DNA from: Macrostomum hystrix
Taxonomy: Eukaryota > Animalia > Platyhelminthes
Assembly (NCBI GenBank): GCA_950097015.1
Contig: CATNEN010000038.1
Location: 558,001-622,000 of the forward strand
Direction of reading: 5' to 3'
DNA: 64,000 nucleotides
The notes under the pieces are model-generated. The model saw only the letters and a list, made by a program, of their open reading frames with translations. It was not told where the DNA came from and made no database searches. Positions 26,301 to 35,207 of this stretch are shown piece by piece. Position 1 is the stretch's first letter. The number at the start of each line of letters is the position of its first letter. Position numbers and translations under genes: made by a program.

Positions 26301-27266
26301 AAAATCAGCTGAGCCGAATGCTGCCTAAGTGAGCAGTTTCAGTGAAATTTACCTCCTTAAAATCTAAGATTAAGTGCGAAGACACAAATATAGACATTCC
26401 AAGTTAAAAATAGATTGCAAATACTAGTCTTGGATTCCTGATCGCAATTGGATTCCTAATTCCTAATCCTCACCTGAGTACCTGTCCGAGTGTCCTAGTC
26501 CCTGTCCGAATGTCCAAGTTCCTGTCCAAATGTGTCCTAGTCCATGTCCGAGTGTCCTAGTTCCTGTCCAAGTGTCCTAGTCCCTGTCCGAGTGTCCTAG
26601 TCCCTGTCCGAGTGTCCTAGTTCCTGTCCGAGTGTCCTAGTCCCTGTCCGAGTGTCCTAGTTCCTGTCCGAGTGTCCTAGTCCCTGTCCGAGTGTCCTAG
26701 TTCCTGTCCGAGTGTCCTAGTTCCTGTCCGAGTGTCCTAGTTCCTGTCCGAGTGTCCTAGTCCCTGTCCGAGTGTCCTAGTCCCTGTCCGAGTGTCCTAG
26801 TTCCTGTCCGAGTGTCCTAGTCCCTGTCCGGGTGTCCTAGTTCCTGTCCGAGTGTCCTAGTTCCTGTCCGTGTGTCCTAGTTCCTGTCCGTGTGTCCTAG
26901 TCCCTGTCCGTGTGTCCTAGTCCCTGTCCGAGTGTCCTAGTTCCTGTCCGAGTGTCCTAGTCCCTGTCCAAACCTAAATTCTAAATGAGGAAAGGCAGCC
27001 AAGGAGCCGATTCTAATCGACGCAGGGACGGCACCAACTTTGCCTACGTGACCATCAGGCGGCAGTCGCGCAACACAGTCCAGAAGACGGAGACCCTATC
27101 GCTGGGACTGAGCGCCCTGATGAGCCAGATCGGAGGCCTGTCCAGCCTCTTCCTGGGCCTGACCTGCGCTGTGGCCGTGGAGCTGCTTGAGCTCTGCCTG
27201 CTTCGCCGACACCAGGGAAATCAGCGGCGGAGAGCGAACCAGCTGCAGCAGCAGGACGCTCAGTGA
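23316..27266 (+). CDS. DEG/ENaC (amiloride-sensitive sodium channel family) subunit
   Basis: Exons 23316-23897, 25496-26328, 27026-27266. Motifs FCSSTSLRG, TM1, IPAVTIC, FNCY, GIRLEVH...P...GIHVEPG, YSYEAC..CGC thumb, C..PC, TM2 LMSQIGGLSSLFLGLT...VELLE. Confidence 0.88.
24040..25195. repeat. 20-bp minisatellite (TCAAGGTCAATGAATGATTC)n, intron 1 of DEG/ENaC
   Basis: Visible periodicity with variants. Confidence 0.95.
26480..26970. repeat. 20-bp minisatellite (GTCCTAGTTCCTGTCCGAGT)n, intron 2 of DEG/ENaC
   Basis: Visible periodicity. Confidence 0.96.
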
Positions 27267-28184
27267 TGCGCGTCAAGTCCCAGCCAATCAGCTGAGAACA
27301 CACCTTAATTCAACTCATAGCGATGTACACTAGCTTTATTATTTATTCTAATTTTATTTCTGCTTCAAGTTTAGATTTTAATCTAGAATACTGTGCATTG
27401 TGTTAAAAATAGACGTAGGCAATTGTAACTCATTCAATACATGAAAGTTCATGTATACATGTTCATGATACATAAGCTTCAAATAGTTACTCAAATAATT
27501 ACAAATAGCAATGTAGAAATTGTGTTTTCCAGGCAAAAATAGAATAGTTTTACCATTTCTAAAGTGTATAGCTACGGAAAATTTGCCTCATAATATCCAT
27601 TTTTGTTGCTTCTACTCGTAGTTGCTTGTGCGTATCGGTCTGGTACTTCGTAAGTTGAGGGAATATTGTTAAGAAGGGATAGCATCGAGTCTTGGCAGCG
27701 AATTCAAGTTTGACAGCTTAAACTTTCACATTCGATTTAAATAAAGGCCAACTACTAAATGCCAAGCAATATCATGAGTCCTTGGCTGATAAACGATTCG
27801 CCTGAATGTACTCGCAAACTGAAGAGTAACTCAAACTCCGAATTTAGTAACTCTCCAGTATATATAGGCAATTTATCAACATTAAACATGAGTTGCTGAA
27901 TGATTTGGGAATGATGCTGCTGCTAAGTGTCGAGGGTCTGTTGACCTAAACAGCAAGACTCATCGACATGAACTCGGTGCCAAATTTTGATATTTCTCTG
28001 GCAAGCTGCTGATGTCGCCGGAAGTCCACTCGATGAAAACCCAGCCGGAAGGAGCTAAAATTCTGCTAAAACCGAATCGATTTCGACTTTTCACTTCGCT
28101 TTCAACGCTTCATGAGACTTTTAGCATTGGGCTTTTAGATTGACCACTCTGTGATAGATCTAATCAATTTTTCAAAAAATTTAA

Positions 28185-28420
28185 GGCCGGGATTCGATTC
28201 CTGAGTCTATTTAAAGCAAGTGTGTCCTTTAGCAAGACACCAAATTACTCTGCATTGCAATTTAGTTATCCCAGCTGCTAAATGGGTGCCAGCATCAGCT
28301 GGGGTTAATTGAGGGTGGGGCGTGGCGTCTCACCAGTCCATGGACTGAACAGCCGGTCACCAATCCCACTAATTTTCTACCCCAGCTAAGGTACCCATGC
28401 TTACAGCTGAGTGAATGGCA
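28185..28420 (+). mobile_element. SINE family 1 copy followed by an inverted core fragment
   Basis: ggattcgattcc, gtgtcctttagcaagacac, cagctgctaaatgggt and CAGTCCATGGACTG at 28334; 28375-28420 resembles the core in reverse orientation. Confidence 0.7.
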
Positions 28421-29588
28421 GCATTTTGTGGTTTATTTTTAGTGTTTTGTGCTTCGATGACTCGATAAATCAAAAAAAGACTTTAAAAGTACGTCATAAA
28501 TACGTATGTTTGTTAGGTCCAGTGTGATCGTAAAGAAAACAGATTTCCCTAATTTCACCCGCCGAATTTTGCATATCAAAAAGGAAATCCACATTTTACA
28601 TTTTTAATTACAACTTGTAGTTAAATAACAACGAAGCGTCTTTTCAAATGTTTCAAATTTTCTAGTCAACATGCAGACAATCTTCACCGATCTGAAAATG
28701 GTGAAGATTGAATTGAATTTTATTATCGATCCTTGCTTTTTTACATTACTAGATGCTCTGAGACTTGATTGTTCTTAAAATCGAATCGATTGAATCTTCA
28801 AAGCATTAAATGTAAAGTTTAAATAGATTTCGAAACAAATTAATTCTACAAATTGCTGTGTACTTTGAATGCAAATTGCCTACTAAACCGGAAACAGAAA
28901 ACATAAGGTACATTGTGTACAGTTTCTATTTAGCACAAAACCAATCAAGCGTTTCGATTAGAGAGGCATTGTGATTAAATCAACTGCCTCACAGTTGATT
29001 TAGTAGCAATGCGCGAAATGTGCAAAGCATGCAAGAGTTCTACATTCTAGATGTCCTTTTCGCTGACTAAATCTACAAAGCAACAAGCTGTCCTTTTCAT
29101 TTTTACTGATCTGGTATACCTTAATAAAAAAAATTTTTTTCGCGTTTCGCAATCTTCAAGAATATTATAGCTACATAACTTCACCATACACAAATAGGCA
29201 GTGAATGCACCTAAAGAATTACGGCGAGATGTACAGCCATGCAGTGGCATGAAGTAGCAGCTATTAGCTGTGTACTGCTGTTCAGTCTATGGACTGGGAG
29301 GCCACCACAGCCCACGCCAATTTATACCCCAGTACATGCTGGTACCAACTTTCCGGATTAATACAAATTATCAATTATTTATATTGGAATAGTCGTGTGC
29401 TTAAATTATGCAAGCAAAAGTCACGTAAACACCCGCAGGACAAAGTGACATGCGATATAAGCGATAAGCGATATAAGTGATATAAGCGTCAACCTTGATT
29501 AGCAGGATATTCATTGCAAAACAAGCCCAGTCCAGCTTGAAAATCACACAGCAGAAACACCAACACCAACTCATCAAGCGAACTCAAC

Positions 29589-29897
29589 TCAGTCGGAGCT
29601 GAAGTAGACCAGCTCATCAGCTGAGGACTTCTCAGTCTGCAGAGCGTGCAGACTGGGCTGCTCATTGGTGTGCGGCAGCGGCTTGAACACGCGGATGTGG
29701 ATGAAAGAATCCTCTCCGATGTGCACCTTGGCGAAATAGTTCGTGCCAGCCACCACCTGGCTGGCTATGAGGCGCGGCTCAAACTTCTCAAGAGAGCGGC
29801 CCAGACGGGCCTCAACCTGCGGCTTCACGCCGGTCAGCAGCTCGACCTCTTCGGGCGTTGGCTCGCGAGCATCTCCGGTGCCTCCAAGAAGTGGCAT
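29589..29897 (-). CDS. Type-1 cystatin (stefin, cystatin-B-like), copy 1, intronless, 102 aa
   Basis: MPLLGG...SQVVAGTNYFAKVHIG...HIRVFKPLPH...DELVYF; canonical QVVAG motif and N-terminal GG. Confidence 0.93.
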   Translation of the reverse strand: MPLLGGTGDAREPTPEEVELLTGVKPQVEARLGRSLEKFEPRLIASQVVAGTNYFAKVHIGEDSFIHIRVFKPLPHTNEQPSLHALQTEKSSADELVYFSSD

Positions 29898-30894
29898 ATT
29901 GCTAGCTGGTTTAGCTAGAAACGATTGAACCACAGTCCATATAAGAGGGACAGCCTTAAGCTGCGGCAATTGAGGCCCCCAACGGTCAACCCATGATGCA
30001 CAATGCACGCTACCGGACAATGAGAATGCCAGGGCAGATTTACATCCCGGAGTGTTTGCCTCTCATCGTACGCACATCCCCTAACCTGTACATTTACTAA
30101 ATTGCACATTCCCTAACATGTAACCAGTACATTCCTTAACTTGTACATATCTAAATCTGTACATTTACTAGCCAGCACCTTCCTAGATGGCGACAGCTAT
30201 AGGATGCATTGTTTATCAAATTAGGAGGACAATATTAGCCAAGTGGAAAGGTATTTATCAACTGAGGGGGTTGACAGTTTGAAATCATCAGATAAAGCAT
30301 TGCTAACTGAGCTTTTATATGGTCAGAGCTGTTATCAGGGATAAATTGCCCCCTTAAGTGAGGATATTTGCTCTCTGGGAGGCTATTTAACAGATTAATG
30401 ACGGGGCTACTCTAACTTAGGGAGCTGGATCGACAACTGACCGCACATGACAAGACGCAAAAAACAATTGAGGAATTCAAACGGTGACTAAATTCAAGGA
30501 CAATGAAAGCTAAGGCATCACTAATGAAGTTTTGGAATGTGAACTGGAAATAAACAAAACAGAAATCAAACACTAATGTGAATCTACGAGCTAGATCTGG
30601 ATAAGAACGGAAAATTCATATTGATTGATTGGTCAAAAGGTTTCTTAGTTCGATTATAATTAGTTGGTACTCGAAAAACTGTAAAACCTAATCAATGCCA
30701 ATGAAAAAAACGGAATACATTTTACAAATTGCGTTTTGAAAATTTCAATTTCATGATAGAATCAGTAAAAGACGAGCATCACTCCTCGAACGTAAAGCTA
30801 CAAAAGTGACTTTCGACTGTTGCTAAGCGCAAAGTGTATTTATTGTCTGAATAGCAAATATTTAGTCCGGAACCGCTCATCAAGCGAACTCAAC

Positions 30895-31203
30895 TCAGTC
30901 GGAGCTGAAGTAGACCAGCTCATCAGCTGAGGACTTCTCAGTCTGCAGAGCATGCAGACTGGGCTGCTCATTGGTGTGCGGCAGCGGCTTGAACACGCGG
31001 ATGTGGATGAAAGAATCCTCTCCGATGTGCACCTTGGCGAAATAGTTCGTGCCAGCCACCACCTGGCTGGCTATGAGGCGCGGCTCAAACTTCTCAAGAG
31101 AGCGGCCCAGACGGGCCTCAACCTGCGGCTTCACGCCGGTCAGCAGCTCGACCTCTTCGGGCGTCGGCTTGCGAGCATCTCCGGTGCCTCCGCACAGTGG
31201 CAT
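30895..31203 (-). CDS. Type-1 cystatin (stefin), copy 2, intronless, 102 aa
   Basis: MPLCGG...QVVAG; near-identical to copy 1. Confidence 0.93.
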   Translation of the reverse strand: MPLCGGTGDARKPTPEEVELLTGVKPQVEARLGRSLEKFEPRLIASQVVAGTNYFAKVHIGEDSFIHIRVFKPLPHTNEQPSLHALQTEKSSADELVYFSSD

Positions 31204-31349
31204 TTTGGGCTGGAAGAGCATTGTGATGAGCTTTGTACTATGGCTACACCCTAGTGAGATTTTCTGTTGTTAGCGAGAGGTTTGAAGTTCTAATCTCGGC
31301 ACAATCGAACAGCTTTGAGTCGTTTAGCAAACTTAGCTACGCGTTGCTT

Positions 31350-31622
31350 CAGTTCACACCCGCCTTAACTGGGCCAGATGTACAGCCGACAGAACAGCGG
31401 CAGCTATTGCGGGGCGCATCTGAAGGTTGCGTACGGCTGTTCAGTCCATGGACTGGGGGGACGCCACACCCACCCTCAATTATCCCAGCCAACACTGGAC
31501 CCATTTAACAGCCATTTAACAGTGTCTTGCTAAAGGACACAAATTGTCCCAATGGAGTCAGGAATCGAACCCCCCGACCTTCAAGTCGTGAGTCCGATGC
31601 TCTAACCACAAGGCTACAACCT
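31350..31622 (-). mobile_element. SINE family 1, near full length
   Basis: Reverse complement head ggttgtagccttgtggttagagcatcggactcacgacttgaaggtcggggggttcgattcctgactcca, then the shared core and palindrome (31442-31455). Confidence 0.85.
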
Positions 31623-32056
31623 CCTCTATTACTATTACTAGTTAGTACTTACTATTAAAACTATTACTACTAGTGCACAGACTTACTGTAGCATCAATAT
31701 AATTCTGGTGGAAGACAGAACTAACATAAGTGTAAAAACATTTAAGCAACATAAATGCTGAACTACTGAGAAGCACACTTTTTATTTCGACTTTTTTGAC
31801 ACGCAAAGCTACAGAAACTATTTTATTACATCGAAAGTTAATTCAGCGAAGTACAGAAATTGCACATGACATATCAACATTTCTCGAGTTCATATTAGGT
31901 TATAGCTACATCTATACTTCTGGATTTGAGAGATGAATCGAAAGAATGATGAAAACCTTACCGGTGAGTATAATGCAATACACTCTTGTGTCAAATTGTG
32001 ATCTAGCCGATATGTATTGAAAAATATACTTAAAAACTAAGCCTAAGAGAATTCGC

Positions 32057-33664
32057 TCAACCCTTTCCGCTGCGCTTCGATGCGGCATTCGACTTGGCCC
32101 CGGCGCCGGACCTGGCAGCCGCGGCAAAGTAGGCCGGCAGCTGCGGCTTCGGGAATGTGGCGTGGCAGGTGGTGCACAGCGGCGTGTAGCTGCAGTACAC
32201 TGACAGGCAGATTGAGCACACATAGGCTGTGGACACCAGGCGCCGATGACAGAAGCAGGCCGGGCGAGAATCGCTGGGACCAGACGAAGGCGGCAGAGTT
32301 AGAGAAGCCTGCCTTGCAGCTGGCTCAGCTAGGAACAGGCTGAGCAGGCACTGGAGCAGGGCGCTGGGTCTGGGTAGGCGCAGGTAGAAGCCGCCGGACA
32401 GCTCGGCAGCCTGGCGCAGCAGAGTGGAATCGGACTGCGCGAATCATTGGAGACAGGGATAAAAGCCACTTTCACTTTTTGCGTAGCAATGAATGCAATT
32501 TAGTAGTCTACTGCAAGTAGTGCCACTCGAAGCAAATAGGACGAGGCCGAAATAGAGAAGTATCACATAAAAAATCGATAGGATGTGAATAGGCTGTCCA
32601 ATTGACTTTGAGAAGCTGTTAGACGAAATGAGAAGCAGACAGGATGAGAAGTAGACAAAGTGAGAAGTAGAGAAAGTTAGAAGTAGACAGGATGAGAAGT
32701 AGAGAAATTTAGAAGTAGACAGGATGAGAAGCAGAAACAGGTTTAAGACAGAAGAAATGTGGAACATAGTAGTCTGGGCTAGTAAATAGATAGCAAGTAA
32801 CGTACAGCAGAAGAGTTAAAGAGGCCGCAATAGACTCACAGCAATAACACACGCATCGATGGGAATCTGACGCTTCTGAGCGGCAAACACAGCGTTCATC
32901 AGGGCCATGTACTGGGAGGCTTCGTCGCTACAGGCGCGCAGCAGCAGCACCCTGGAGGCCAGTCGAAGTCCCGGGGGAATCTCTCGCTCGCGTCTGGCAA
33001 TGTAGCACAGAGCCTTCACTAGGCAGCCGGCCATACAGACGGATAGGCGCAGCTTCTCTGGCCTGGCTGAGCGCATCAGAGCCTCGGCAGAGTCCTTCAC
33101 GCAATCGTTCATCATAGTGAAGCACTCCAGCTTGGCGCCGTCGGCAGGAGGTGGGCCTTGATGACTAACTTCAACGCTGGCAGCGGGATAGAGAAACTGT
33201 GTCTACGCATAGAGAGACAGGTTTCGAAACAATTTTCTTACAGCGAGGCATGCTGCTGCGAGTAAAACTAAACACACAGGAAGTGGCCTGAGGTCCCCAA
33301 CCTGAAGATCCGAGCAGCCTGAGGTCCCCAATCTGAAGATCCAAGAAGACTGAGGTCCCCATCCTGAAGATTTGAGTAGCCTGAGGTCCCCAACCTGAAG
33401 ATTGGAGAAGCCTGAGGTCCCCAACCTGAAGATCCGAGCAGAAGGGATTTCAGACTAACAAAATTAATTCAGCCTACACACCTGCTCTCCGCAGACGCCA
33501 AGAAAGGCGACCTCATTGCCTGGCTGCACAAGCAGGTGAGCATTGGCAAAGGTGAGCACAGATTGAAGCATGCGGCACACATCAGTGTCTGGCTGGATGC
33601 CCCACCAAGCTGGGTTCAAATCCAGCACAATGACTAGCAGCTGTTTGTCTGCAGTTGTTGACAT
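32057..33664 (-). CDS. GTF2H3: General transcription factor IIH subunit 3 (p34/Tfb4)
   Basis: Exons 33664-33482, 33202-32840, 32434-32057, all phase 0. Motifs LLVIVLDLNP..WG, FANAHL, FLYP, ALCYI, QYMALMNAVFAAQK..IPIDAC, LLRQAAELSGGFY, RPACFCH...YVCSICLSVYC....CTTC. Confidence 0.93.
33287..33440. repeat. 31-bp tandem repeat (~5 copies), intron 1 of GTF2H3
   Basis: Units of cctgaggtccccaacctgaagatccgagcag. Confidence 0.9.
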
Positions 33665-33671
33665 CCCAGAT

Positions 33672-35207
33672 TTAGACAAAGTCCAGCCAAGTCTGTAACA
33701 GCTCAGTCTCTAAATCAGCCAGCTGAACTCGAACGACTGATTTTGACTGCTGTTCTTCTTCGGGCTCAGTTTGTTCCACTTGCAGCGACTGGAGCTTCTT
33801 TCGCTGCTTGGATTCAGCGGCAGTGGCAGCTGAAGCTTTTCGAGCCTTGGCGGCGTTTGCCGCCCTGACGGCGCACTCCTCGGCGAATAGGCGAATCAAC
33901 TCGTTGCACTGCCTGGCTGCCTCAGGCTGGACTGATGGGGTGGGGATGCTGGCGCTTGTGAATGGGATCTGGACTCATTGCTAGAGTTAGTGAATTGGAT
34001 TTGGACTCAGTGCTGTGTTGGTGAATGGGATCAGGACTAATTGCTGTGTTGGTGAATGGGATTTGAACCCATTGCTAGAGTTGGTGAATTGGATTTGGAC
34101 TCAGTGCTGTGTTGGTGAATGGGATCAGGACTAATTGCTGTGTTGGTGAATGGGATTTGAACCCATTGCTAGAGTTGGTGAATGGGATTTGAACCCAATG
34201 CTAGAGTTGGTGAATGGGATCTGGACTAATTGCTGTGTTGGTGAATGGGATTTGAACCCATTGCTAGAGTTGGTGAATGTGATCTGGACTAATTGCTGTG
34301 TTGGTGAATGGGATTTGAACCCATTGCTAGAGTTCGTGAATGGGATCTGGACCCATTGCTAGAGTTGGTGAATGGGATCAGGACTAATTGCTGTGTTGGT
34401 GAATGGGATTTGAACCCATTGTTAGAGTTGGTGAATGGGATCTGGACTAATTGCTGTGTTGGTGAATGGGATTTGGACCCATTGCTAGAGTTGGTGAATG
34501 GGATATGGACTAATTGCTGTGTTGGTGAATGGGATTTGAACCCATTGCTAGAGTTGGTGAATGGGATTTGGACCCATTGCTAGAGTTGGTGAATGGGATT
34601 TGGACTAATTGCTGTGTTGGTGAATGGGATTTGAAACCATTGCTGGAGTTGGTGAATAGGATCATGACTCATTGCTACAATTGGTAAATAGGATCTAGAC
34701 TCATTACTAGATTCGGTGAATGGGATCAGGACTCATTGCTAGAGTTGGTAAATAGGATCTAGACTCATTACTAGATTTGGTGAATGGGATCTGGACTCAT
34801 TGCTAGAGTTGGTAAATAGGATCTAGACGCATTACTAGATTCGGTGAATGGGATCTGGACTCATTGCTAGAGTTGGTAAATAGGATCTAGACTCATTACT
34901 AGATTTTGTGAATGGGATTTGGACCCATTACTAGAGTTGGTGAATGGGATCTGGACTAATTGCTGTGTTGGTGAATGGGATTTGAACCCATTGTTAGAGT
35001 TGGTGAATGGGATCTGGACTCATTGCTAGAGTTGGTAAATAGGATCTAGACTCATTACTAGATTTGGTGAATGGGATCTGGACTCTAAAAAAGCATTACT
35101 AAATGTAAGGATAATAATAATTGGGAATTTATTCACAAAAATATATACCTACTTTTGACTTTGTTTTCTAAAAGAAAACCTTTAACTAGCTCAAGATTTG
35201 CCCAACT
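33672..35207 (-). CDS. CENPX: CENP-X/MHF2/STRA13-like histone-fold protein; no genomic ATG found
   Basis: Exon 35207-35149 (tttttctttccag|SWANLELVKGFLLENKVKS ag|gtatat) splices in phase 2 to an exon starting ~33954 (or 33948) and ending 33672: SVQPEAARQCNELIRLFAEECAVRA...VRVQLADLETELLQTWLDFV*. This matches the CENP-X pattern (EL..F..EA..R...V...LE....QL.LDF at the C-terminus). Confidence 0.78.
33957..35085. repeat. 31/32-bp minisatellite (TTGGTGAATGGGATTTGAACCCATTGCTAGAG variants) filling the CENP-X intron
   Basis: Visible alternating units. Confidence 0.95.

Noticed and set aside
29898-30020. N-terminal extension or signal peptide on cystatin copy 1
   Set aside because: It begins at a non-ATG codon and is not shared with copy 2; stefins start a few residues before the GG.
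31550-31622. tRNA gene (also ~7950, 60290 and 61455)
   Set aside because: Imperfect stems, no terminator, and each continues into a shared SINE body.
33957-35085. CRISPR-like appearance of the 31-37 bp repeats with an internal hairpin (also 40815-44420)
   Set aside because: Units are head-to-tail with no unique spacers, no cas genes are present, and the arrays sit in spliceosomal introns.
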